Below are positions 26,302-32,988 of a stretch of 43,918 nt of DNA, in pieces. This stretch comes from Dehalococcoidia bacterium (GTDB taxonomy: Bacteria > Chloroflexota > Dehalococcoidia > GIF9 > AB-539-J10). The DNA is taken from assembly GCA_030606165.1 (NCBI GenBank), contig JAUWGZ010000001.1, positions 1 to 43,918 of the forward strand, in the 5' to 3' direction. Both the position numbers and the translations under genes were made by a program. Position 1 is the first letter of the stretch. Every line of letters begins with the position of its first letter. A model generated the notes under the pieces. It did no database searches, was not told where the DNA came from, and saw nothing but the letters and a program-made list of their open reading frames with translations.

Positions 26302-26547
26302 ATGCCGTTTGGAGATGGAACTGGACCGATGGGCCTAGGTCCAATGACCGGAAGGGGAGCTGGCTTCTGTGCTGGTTTTGCCAGGCCAGGCTTCGCCAGC
26401 CCAATGCCTGGTTACTCTTACCGCTACGGTTACGCTGGTTTAGCACCGGTGTGGCCTAGGTGGGGCTGGGGGTTCGGTCGTGGCCTTGGTCGTGGCCTTG
26501 GGCGTGGCTGGTGGAGATGGGGACCTTATGGGTACCCTCGGTGGTAA
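26302..26547 (+). CDS. DUF5320-like protein: N-terminal MPxGDGTGP motif + Gly/Trp/Arg-rich tail
   Basis: MPFGDGTGPMGLGPMTGRGAGFCAG... then GWGFGRGLGRGLGRGWWRWGPYGYPRW. ATG 26302 is preferred over GTG 26293 because all paralogs start with MP and because of RBS spacing. Confidence 0.75.
   Translation: MPFGDGTGPMGLGPMTGRGAGFCAGFARPGFASPMPGYSYRYGYAGLAPVWPRWGWGFGRGLGRGLGRGWWRWGPYGYPRW
26476..26511 (+). repeat. 12-nt tandem repeat (GGTCGTGGCCTT x2 plus a degenerate third copy) encoding GRGL repeats
   Basis: The units at 26476-26487 and 26488-26499 are identical. 26500-26511 is diverged. Confidence 0.8.
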
Positions 26548-26627
26548 GTTTTAAATTTTCTTAAGGAGGTGGTAAAATGTGACCTTGGTATGGATTTTCA
26601 TGTCCTTGGGGATGGCCTGGGTATAGA

Positions 26628-26777
26628 ATGCCTTATGGGTATCCCTATGGCGGATATGGCTATCCTTGGGGAGCTATACCCAAGGAGGAAGAGATAGTCA
26701 TGCTTGAAGAGCAGAGAAGATATCTGACTAGCGAATTGGATGGAGTGACAAAGAGGCTTGAAGAACTTCGCAAATAG
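26628..26777 (+). CDS. Small Tyr/Gly/Pro-rich + coiled-coil protein (DUF5320 C-terminal-like); start unresolved, see finding on ATG-TGA at 26577
   Basis: MPYGYPYGGYGYPWGAIPKEEEIVMLEEQRRYLTSELDGVTKRLEELRK. The C-terminal KRLEELRK is identical to that of the next gene. The strong RBS (AAGGAGGTGG) serves ATG 26577 rather than ATG 26628. Confidence 0.5.
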   Translation: MPYGYPYGGYGYPWGAIPKEEEIVMLEEQRRYLTSELDGVTKRLEELRK

Positions 26778-26791
26778 AAAGGAGGTGAGAA

Positions 26792-27187
26792 ATGCCTAAT
26801 GGATATGGTAGAGGATTTGGCAGAGGAGGAGGAGGATGGGGATTCGGTTTTAGAGGAAGCTCTCCTCCCTGGCCTTATGTTGGCAGAGGAAGGGGAGGAT
26901 TGCCTAGGGGTGGCTATTTCCTCAGTGGAGCTGCGGGGATGCCTGTCCCGCCGGGCTATCCCTCTTATGGTAGCCCTGGGGTTATGCCTTATGGAGGAAC
27001 AGCTTATCCGGGAGCTATGCCATATAGCGGTTATGCTGGGGCAGCTATGGGAGCAATGCCAGGAGCAGACCCTTATGCTCCGCAGATGACCCGGGAGCAG
27101 GAACTGGATTTCTTAAGAAACCAGGCTGGAGTGTTGGAGAGTGAGTTAGATGTAATTAGGAAGAGACTGGAGGAGCTTCGCAAGTAA
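26792..27187 (+). CDS. Gly/Pro/Tyr-rich low-complexity protein with DUF5320-type C-terminal coiled coil (131 aa)
   Basis: MPNGYGRGFGRGGGGWGFGF... then PYAPQMTREQELDFLRNQAGVLESELDVIRKRLEELRK. RBS AAAGGAGGTG. Confidence 0.75.
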   Translation: MPNGYGRGFGRGGGGWGFGFRGSSPPWPYVGRGRGGLPRGGYFLSGAAGMPVPPGYPSYGSPGVMPYGGTAYPGAMPYSGYAGAAMGAMPGADPYAPQMTREQELDFLRNQAGVLESELDVIRKRLEELRK

Positions 27188-27236
27188 AGAAGTGAGGTTT
27201 GTGTACATAATATTTAAATTGAAAAGGAGGTGAATT

Positions 27237-27572
27237 ATGCCAGGATTTGATGGAACGGGACCACGTGGAATGGGCCCAATGACGGGAGGAGGAAGAGGTT
27301 TTTGCAGCCCTTGGAGTATAGGCAGGGGATATGGTTTTGGGCGAGGATATGGCTTTGGAGGGGGATACGGGTTTGGAATGGGCATGCCTTATGCAGGGCC
27401 TGCACCATATAGTTATGCTGGGGCACCTACGGGGGCAGTGCCAGGAGCGTACCCCTATGCACCGCAGATGACCCGGGAGCAGGAGCTGAATTTCCTAAAA
27501 AGCCAGGCTGAAGCAATAAAGGGACAATCGGAGCAAATTGATGCTAGAATAAAAGAACTGGAGACAGAGTAA
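27237..27572 (+). CDS. DUF5320-like protein with all three modules (N motif, GY-rich linker, coiled coil)
   Basis: MPGFDGTGPRGMGPMTGGGRGFC..GRGYGFGRGYGFGGGYGFG..PYAPQMTREQELNFLKSQAEAIKGQSEQIDARIKELE. RBS AAAGGAGGTG. Confidence 0.8.
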   Translation: MPGFDGTGPRGMGPMTGGGRGFCSPWSIGRGYGFGRGYGFGGGYGFGMGMPYAGPAPYSYAGAPTGAVPGAYPYAPQMTREQELNFLKSQAEAIKGQSEQIDARIKELETE

Positions 27573-27590
27573 ACTAGAAAGAGGTGCATC

Positions 27591-28187
27591 ATGAAAATTG
27601 CAGTATCAGCAACAGGGCTTGACTTAGATGCTGAGGTGAACCCTCGCTTTGGAAGGTGCCAATACTTCGTCATTGTTGACCCCCAGAGCATGGAGTTTGA
27701 GGCCTTGGATAACTCTAATGCTATGGCCGCTGGTGGGGCAGGCATCAGCACAGCCCAGATGATTGCCAGCAAAGGGGCGGAGGTCGTGCTAACGGGTAAT
27801 TGTGGACCTAATGCCTATCAGACACTATCCGCCGCAGGTCTTCAGGTAATCACCGGCGTTGCCGGGAGAATAAGAGACGCTGTTGAAGCTTACAAGGCAG
27901 GGAAGTTTCAATCAACCGCTCAACCTAGTGTAGCAGCCCATTATGGAATGGGAGCTACTCCCGGCATGGGAATGGGTGGAGGTATGGGCATGGGTCGTGG
28001 CATGGGCAGAGGAATGGGCATGGGTAGAGGCATGGGAATGGGGGAAACAATGCCCATGGCAGAGCCGCCACCTCAAGCCATGAGCTCGGAGCAGGAAGTA
28101 GAGATGCTTAAAAACCAGGCTCAAGCGATGAGCCAGCAGCTAAATGAGATTCAACGTCGCATCGAAGAGCTAGAGAAAGGGAAGTAA
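27591..28187 (+). CDS. NifX/NifB-C-terminal/ORP-like (PF02579) domain fused to a Met/Gly/Arg-rich tail and coiled coil
   Basis: MKIAVSATG..VNPRFGRCQYFVIVD...GAGISTAQMIASKGAEVVLTGNCGPNAYQTLSAAGLQV is a typical Nitro_FeMo-Co fold signature. It is followed by GMGMGGGMGMGRGMGRGMGMGRGMGMG and SSEQEVEMLKNQAQAMSQQLNEIQRRIEELEK. Confidence 0.85.
   Translation: MKIAVSATGLDLDAEVNPRFGRCQYFVIVDPQSMEFEALDNSNAMAAGGAGISTAQMIASKGAEVVLTGNCGPNAYQTLSAAGLQVITGVAGRIRDAVEAYKAGKFQSTAQPSVAAHYGMGATPGMGMGGGMGMGRGMGRGMGMGRGMGMGETMPMAEPPPQAMSSEQEVEMLKNQAQAMSQQLNEIQRRIEELEKGK
27964..28043 (+). repeat. Degenerate short tandem repeats (GGCATGGG-type) encoding (G/R)MG repeats
   Basis: The run ggcatgggaatgggtggaggtatgggcatgggtcgtggcatgggcagaggaatgggcatgggtagaggcatgggaatggg read directly from the sequence. 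Confidence 0.75.
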
Positions 28188-28190
28188 GCT

Positions 28191-28415
28191 ATGCCCATCT
28201 ATGAGTATCAGTGCACTCACTGTGGGGGGAGGTTCGAAGTTCGCCAAGCTATTGGCGAGGATGGTTCCAATTTAAGTTGTCCTGAGTGTCATGCTGGAAA
28301 ACCGAGAAGGCTCCTTTCCTCATTCTTTAGCTCAAGGTCAAGCACAACTGGTCCGTCGGAAGCAAGTTGTCCTACCTGTAGCTCTGGAGTTTGCGGACTG
28401 CCACCGATGGAGTAA
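28191..28415 (+). CDS. FmdB-family zinc-ribbon protein, copy 1
   Basis: MPIYEYQCTHCGGRFEV....LSCPECHAGKPRRLLS is the CxxC_CxxC_SSSS signature. Its tail carries CPTCSSGVC. Confidence 0.85.
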   Translation: MPIYEYQCTHCGGRFEVRQAIGEDGSNLSCPECHAGKPRRLLSSFFSSRSSTTGPSEASCPTCSSGVCGLPPME

Positions 28416-28444
28416 AACAAAACCAATTCTTAGCGAGGTGAGTT

Positions 28445-28666
28445 ATGCCAAGAGGAGATGGTACAGGCCCTTATGGGCAAGGTTCAGGAACTGGCAGGGG
28501 GTTAGGCGCCAGGGGTATGGGGAGGATGGGAGGAAACCGCCCTGGCGCGGGTCCCAGTGGGAATTGCGTGTGTCCTAGTTGTGGAACAAAGATTCCTCAC
28601 CAGGCAAGCGTTCCCTGCTATAACCTGAACTGCCCCAAGTGTGGGGCAAAGATGATTCGGGAATAG
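28445..28666 (+). CDS. DUF5320 N-terminal motif fused to a C-terminal Cys-rich zinc ribbon (73 aa)
   Basis: MPRGDGTGPYGQGSGTGRGLGARGMGRMGG... then CVCPSCGTKIPHQASVPCYNLNCPKCGAKM. Confidence 0.75.
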   Translation: MPRGDGTGPYGQGSGTGRGLGARGMGRMGGNRPGAGPSGNCVCPSCGTKIPHQASVPCYNLNCPKCGAKMIRE

Positions 28667-28667
28667 A

Positions 28668-29528
28668 ATGATAGTCTCTGTTGCCAGTGGTAAAGGTGGC
28701 ACAGGAAAGACGCTGGTGGCTACCAGCTTAGCTCTTTCCCTGAGCGATAACTATAAGGTTCAACTGTTGGACTGTGATGTAGAGGAGCCAAATGCTAATA
28801 TTCTTCTGCATCTAGCTGTGAACCAAAGCCAACCCGTGTATATTCCTATCCCCAAGGTGGACGAAACGAAATGTACTTATTGTGGCAAATGCGCTGAAGT
28901 CTGCGCCTATAACGGTATTGCGGTGCTTAAGGAAAAAGTGCTTGTTTTCCCTGAACTGTGTCATGGTTGTGGAGCATGTTCTTACCTATGCCCTGAGTCT
29001 ACTATTACTGAGGAAGGAAGAGAGATGGGGGTAGTTGAAAGAGGCGATTCAGGGAATTTGGAATTAATTCAAGGGAAGATTAACGTTGGCGAAGCGATGG
29101 CTCCACCCGTAATCAGGGAGGTAAAGAAGTATATTGACCCTGCAAATATAGTAATCATCGATGTTCCTCCGGGAACTTCTTGTCCTGTAGTAGAGACGGT
29201 AAAGGGGAGCGATTTTTGTCTCCTCGTGACCGAGCCTACTCCTTTTGGGCTAAATGACCTTTCACTGGCAGTGGAGGTAGTGAGAAAACTGGGTATGCCC
29301 TGTGGGGTGGTAATTAATCGTGTTGGAATAGGAGGCGAGGAAGTTGAGCGGTATTGCCATCGGGAAGAAATAGCAATTTTAATGAGAATCCCCCTGGATA
29401 GAAAGATCGCCATGTTTTATTCGAAGGGAATTCCCTTGGTAGAAGGGATGCCTCGGTGGCGTGAGGATTTTCTCAAACTTTTTCAGGACATCAAAGATAT
29501 AATTGCTGCTAGCTGGGTAGTAAAATGA
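28668..29528 (+). CDS. MinD/ParA-superfamily P-loop ATPase with inserted 2x[4Fe-4S] ferredoxin module (COG1149-type), copy 1
   Basis: Deviant Walker A SGKGGTGKT. Insert CTYCGKCAEVC...CHGCGACSYLCP. Walker B IIDVPPG. Confidence 0.88.
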   Translation: MIVSVASGKGGTGKTLVATSLALSLSDNYKVQLLDCDVEEPNANILLHLAVNQSQPVYIPIPKVDETKCTYCGKCAEVCAYNGIAVLKEKVLVFPELCHGCGACSYLCPESTITEEGREMGVVERGDSGNLELIQGKINVGEAMAPPVIREVKKYIDPANIVIIDVPPGTSCPVVETVKGSDFCLLVTEPTPFGLNDLSLAVEVVRKLGMPCGVVINRVGIGGEEVERYCHREEIAILMRIPLDRKIAMFYSKGIPLVEGMPRWREDFLKLFQDIKDIIAASWVVK

Positions 29529-29725
29529 TGGACTGGCAAGAACTTGCCATAGATGGTGAAACACACCTCAAAAGGGTAGTGGGTATGTATCAAGAGCTAG
29601 GCTTTAAAGTTCGCCTGGAGGAAGTTAAGCCTGAAGAAGTTGAGCATTGCACTCAATGTTTGCAAGAGAAGGGGGAAAGTATATACCGAGTCTATGCCCG
29701 ACGCAAGCCAGAAAGTCAGGAGTAA
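29525..29725 (+). CDS. Small hypothetical protein (66 aa) between the two ATPase genes
   Basis: ATGA start/stop overlap with the upstream gene, and its stop directly abuts the next ATG. It contains one CTQC motif. No family recognised. Confidence 0.55.
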   Translation: MMDWQELAIDGETHLKRVVGMYQELGFKVRLEEVKPEEVEHCTQCLQEKGESIYRVYARRKPESQE

Positions 29726-30586
29726 ATGAAAGAAGTCGTGGTTCTTAGTGGCAAGGGAGGAACAGGGAAGACATCTATTGTGGCATCCTTTGCGTCCCTA
29801 GCCCAAAGTAAGGTATTAGTTGACTGTGATGTAGATGCCGCCGACCTTCATCTCCTCCTTAAACCAAAGGTTAAGGAGGAAAAGGAATTCTGGAGCGGGC
29901 GAGTCGCTTTCATAGACGAAGATAAGTGCACAGAATGTGGCTTATGTCAGGAATTGTGCCGCTTTGGAGCCATTAAGGATTTTAAAGTTGACCCTCTCTC
30001 CTGTGAAGGCTGCGGCTTCTGCTACCAGGTTTGCCCTGTTGATGCCATCGCTATGAAGGACAGCATGAGTGGGCATTCGTTTATCTCGGAAACCAAATAC
30101 GGTTATTTATGCCACGCCAGGTTGGGTATTGCCCAGGAAAACTCAGGAAAGTTGGTGGCGCTAGTGCGGCAGAACGCCAAGCTCATCGCTGAGAGGGAAA
30201 ATTTAGACTATATCATCACCGATGGTCCTCCGGGCATAGGCTGCCCGGTTATCTCCTCGCTATCGGGTGCCAGTCTGGCATTGTTGGTGACCGAGCCTAC
30301 GCTATCAGGGATTCATGACCTTGAGCGGGTCATTGGCGTTTGCCGCCACTTCGGCGTTCCTGTTTTAGTTTGCGTAAATAAATATGACCTCAATGAAGAG
30401 AATACCTGTCGAATTGAAAGCTATTGTGGCAACGAGGGAATAGAGGTGAGTGCAAGGATTCCTTTTGATAATGTAATAACTGAAGCGATTGTTCAGGGAC
30501 TGCCGGTAGTAGAATACTCCAACAACAAGGTAACGCAGCAGATAAAAGAGCTATGGCAAATTATTCCAGCCAAACTAGAAAAATAG
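29726..30586 (+). CDS. MinD/ParA-superfamily P-loop ATPase with inserted 2x[4Fe-4S] ferredoxin module (COG1149-type), copy 2
   Basis: SGKGGTGKT, CTECGLCQELC...CEGCGFCYQVCP, ITDGPPG. Same 286-aa length as copy 1. Confidence 0.88.
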   Translation: MKEVVVLSGKGGTGKTSIVASFASLAQSKVLVDCDVDAADLHLLLKPKVKEEKEFWSGRVAFIDEDKCTECGLCQELCRFGAIKDFKVDPLSCEGCGFCYQVCPVDAIAMKDSMSGHSFISETKYGYLCHARLGIAQENSGKLVALVRQNAKLIAERENLDYIITDGPPGIGCPVISSLSGASLALLVTEPTLSGIHDLERVIGVCRHFGVPVLVCVNKYDLNEENTCRIESYCGNEGIEVSARIPFDNVITEAIVQGLPVVEYSNNKVTQQIKELWQIIPAKLEK

Positions 30587-30595
30587 GAGGTAGAG

Positions 30596-30841
30596 ATGCC
30601 AATTTATGAATACAGATGCTTGGAATGCGGGAGGAATTCAGAGATATTTCTCCGTAGCCTTAACAGCCAAAATGTCCAATGTTCAGTATGCGGCAGCCGC
30701 AAGCTAGAGAGGCTTCTCTCCGCCTCGTATACTCTGAAGACTGATGCCTCTACACCTGGCACGACTTGTTGTGGCAGGACAGAACGCTGTGAGACACCTT
30801 CTTGCTCCTTGGACGACACTTGCAGGAGGGATAATAAATGA
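30596..30841 (+). CDS. FmdB-family zinc-ribbon protein, copy 2
   Basis: MPIYEYRCLECGRNSEIF....VQCSVCGSRKLERLLS, with a Cys-rich tail (TTCCGRTERCETPSCS). Confidence 0.85.
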   Translation: MPIYEYRCLECGRNSEIFLRSLNSQNVQCSVCGSRKLERLLSASYTLKTDASTPGTTCCGRTERCETPSCSLDDTCRRDNK

Positions 30842-31176
30842 GATTCGCAGTACCTATAGTAGAAGGTAAGGTGGCTGCTCACTTTGGCCATTGCAGCCAT
30901 TTCGCCTTATTTGATGTTGATGAGGCGGCTATGGCAGTTGTGAGCAAGGAGACCATACCGTCGCCAGGACATCAACCTGGGCTTCTTCCTGCATGGCTGG
31001 CTGAAGAGGGAGTTTCCGTTGTTATAGCTAGTGGCATGGGTTCCAGGGCCCAAGCGATTTTCAGCGAGAATCACATTGAAGTCGTTGTTGGCGTGCTTGG
31101 TGATGAACCTGAGAAGGCTGTTTTGGATTATATAAAAGGCGAGTTGGCAAGCGGCGGTAATATATGTGACCATTAA
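30838..31176 (+). CDS. NifX/NifB-C-terminal/ORP-like (PF02579) single-domain protein
   Basis: MRFAVPIVEGKVAAHFGHCSHFALFDV...VIASGMGSRAQAIFSENHIEVV. ATGA overlap with the upstream gene. Confidence 0.85.
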   Translation: MRFAVPIVEGKVAAHFGHCSHFALFDVDEAAMAVVSKETIPSPGHQPGLLPAWLAEEGVSVVIASGMGSRAQAIFSENHIEVVVGVLGDEPEKAVLDYIKGELASGGNICDH

Positions 31177-31265
31177 GGATAACGGCAAAAAGGGGACAAA
31201 AGCATTTTCCAACGATAGCAATTTGAACCCTGAGGAGGTGATTAAAGAGGCGAAATAGGGAACAA

Positions 31266-31883
31266 ATGATTATTGTTGGTCTGACAGGAAGTGTGGGCAC
31301 AGGCAAAAGCACGGTAACCAATTTTTTTAGAGAACTGGGGGCTTATATAATTGATTGGGATGAGCTAGCTCGGGAGGTAACCCGTCCTCACTTAAGAGCT
31401 TGGAAAGAAATAGTAGAGTATTTTGGAAAGGATTTCTTAAGTGAAGGCCTGACCATCAATCGGCAGAAGCTGGCTGAGATAGCATTTTCCGACAAAGAAA
31501 AGGTGGCAAAGCTAAATCAGATAGTTCACCCCGAGGTGTTTAAGGAAGACGAAAGAATTACAAATGAGATCAAAAGCCTTGACCCCGGTGCTCTAATTAT
31601 TAAGGACATTCCGTTACTGTTTGAACTTACTCGCCCTATATTTGTGGATAAAGTAGTCGTTGTTTCTGCCAGTGAACAAACTCAATTAAGACGATTAGAA
31701 GAAAAGGGGATGAGTCGGGAGGATGCCCAAAGCAGGATAAAGTCCCAACTTCCTCTTGAGGAAAAGATTAAATCTGCCGATTTTGTTATTAATAATGATG
31801 GTCCGCTTGAAGAGACAAAGAAGCAGGTAGAGGAAATATATTCTTTGTTAAGGAAAGGAGAGCAACATGGAAAGCAGAGGTAA
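31266..31883 (+). CDS. coaE: Dephospho-CoA kinase
   Basis: IVGLTGSVGTGKST P-loop and the family-typical ..IVHPEV.. region, 205 aa. Confidence 0.9.
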   Translation: MIIVGLTGSVGTGKSTVTNFFRELGAYIIDWDELAREVTRPHLRAWKEIVEYFGKDFLSEGLTINRQKLAEIAFSDKEKVAKLNQIVHPEVFKEDERITNEIKSLDPGALIIKDIPLLFELTRPIFVDKVVVVSASEQTQLRRLEEKGMSREDAQSRIKSQLPLEEKIKSADFVINNDGPLEETKKQVEEIYSLLRKGEQHGKQR

Positions 31884-31916
31884 GTGGGAGACCTTTTGCC
31901 AGCAGGAGGTGATTTG

Positions 31917-32927
31917 GTGAATCAAATCGATGCAAAATTAGAAGAAGCACTGAATAAAGTGCTTGTCCCCGGAACAATGCGTAGCTTGGTACAGATGAAC
32001 TTGGTTCGAAGCGCGGAAGTTAAGGAAGGCAAGGCGAAAATAAATTTGGCTTCGACTGCTATCCCTGACCAATATCATAGTGGGCTGAAGGACAAAGCAG
32101 CGGCAGCGGTTAGCGAGGTTTCCGGGGTGGAGGAAGTAACTGTTGACCTTGTCGAAGCCAAGCCCAAAGAGCTTAATCAGATTGAGAAAATAATAGCGGT
32201 CATGAGTGGCAAAGGAGGAGTGGGCAAATCTCTGGTAACTGGTTTGTTGGCTACTGCTTTTGCTCGGGAAGGCAAGGCTGTTGGCGTGCTCGACGCTGAT
32301 ATCACTGGCCCCAGTATTCCCAAGATGTTTGGTTTAGGTGCTCGCCCCAGCGGTAGCGAGACAGGTATTTTGCCCGTATTATCGAGGTCTGGAATTGAAA
32401 TTATGTCCATGAATCTGCTTTTGCCTAGTGAAGATGAAGCGGTTATCTGGAGAGGCCCCCTCATGTCTAAAGCTATCACGCAATTCTGGGAGGAAGTTCT
32501 TTGGGGCAAGCTGGATTATCTGGTAATAGACCTGCCCCCGGGCACTGGAGATGCCCCATTGACGGTGCTTCAGGCAATACCCATCTCAGGGGTAATCGAT
32601 GTTTTTACTCCTCAGGAGTTGACTGAGATGATAGTCAAGAAGGCAGTGAGGATGGCACAAAAGATGAATGTTCGAGTTTTGGGAGTAGTGGAGAACATGA
32701 GCTATCTCGTATTGCCTGACACAGGTAAGAAGATGGAAATTTTTGGCAGGAGCAAAGGGGAAGAAATGGCTAAGGCCTCCGGAGCTCCTCTTTTGGGGCA
32801 ATTGCCTATTGATCCCGAGCTAGCCAGGTTGTGCGACCAGGGAGAAATTGAGAGGTATAGCTCAGATGCTGTGTCTGAACTTTTTACCAATGTGGTCGCA
32901 GTTCTAAATGGGAAGAATGAAGGGTAG
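31917..32927 (+). CDS. Mrp/NBP35/ApbC-family P-loop ATPase with N-terminal DUF59-like domain, lacking the CxxC cluster-binding motif
   Basis: MSGKGGVGKS, WGKLDYLVIDLPPGTGD, VVENMSY. GTG 31917 lies 5 nt after AGGAGGTG, although the ORF is open from 31884. There is only one Cys in the whole protein. Confidence 0.85.
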   Translation: MNQIDAKLEEALNKVLVPGTMRSLVQMNLVRSAEVKEGKAKINLASTAIPDQYHSGLKDKAAAAVSEVSGVEEVTVDLVEAKPKELNQIEKIIAVMSGKGGVGKSLVTGLLATAFAREGKAVGVLDADITGPSIPKMFGLGARPSGSETGILPVLSRSGIEIMSMNLLLPSEDEAVIWRGPLMSKAITQFWEEVLWGKLDYLVIDLPPGTGDAPLTVLQAIPISGVIDVFTPQELTEMIVKKAVRMAQKMNVRVLGVVENMSYLVLPDTGKKMEIFGRSKGEEMAKASGAPLLGQLPIDPELARLCDQGEIERYSSDAVSELFTNVVAVLNGKNEG

Positions 32928-32988
32928 CTATGCGCAGTCAGGCAAGTTGGTTCAGCCCGTGAAATCTTTTTCTAGAGAAGTAAAGAAA

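Noticed and set aside
26580-26582. Genome-wide TGA reassignment (Gly/Trp) as the explanation for the in-frame TGA.
   Set aside because: TGA terminates several well-defined genes in this window at family-typical lengths, e.g. the radical SAM gene at 18379-81, the ATPase at 29526-28, the FmdB gene at 30839-41 and trxB at 42426-28.
25832-28578. Long alternative-frame and antisense ORFs across the Gly-rich genes (e.g. 25832..26446 -, 26047..26280 +, 26799..27089 +, 27146..27385 -, 27912..28124 -, 28291..28578 +).
   Set aside because: GGN/CGN/ATG-rich repeats suppress stop codons in several frames. These ORFs lack an RBS, have odd composition (poly-Glu/Leu or Pro/His-rich), and overlap frames that carry clear family motifs and strong SD sites.
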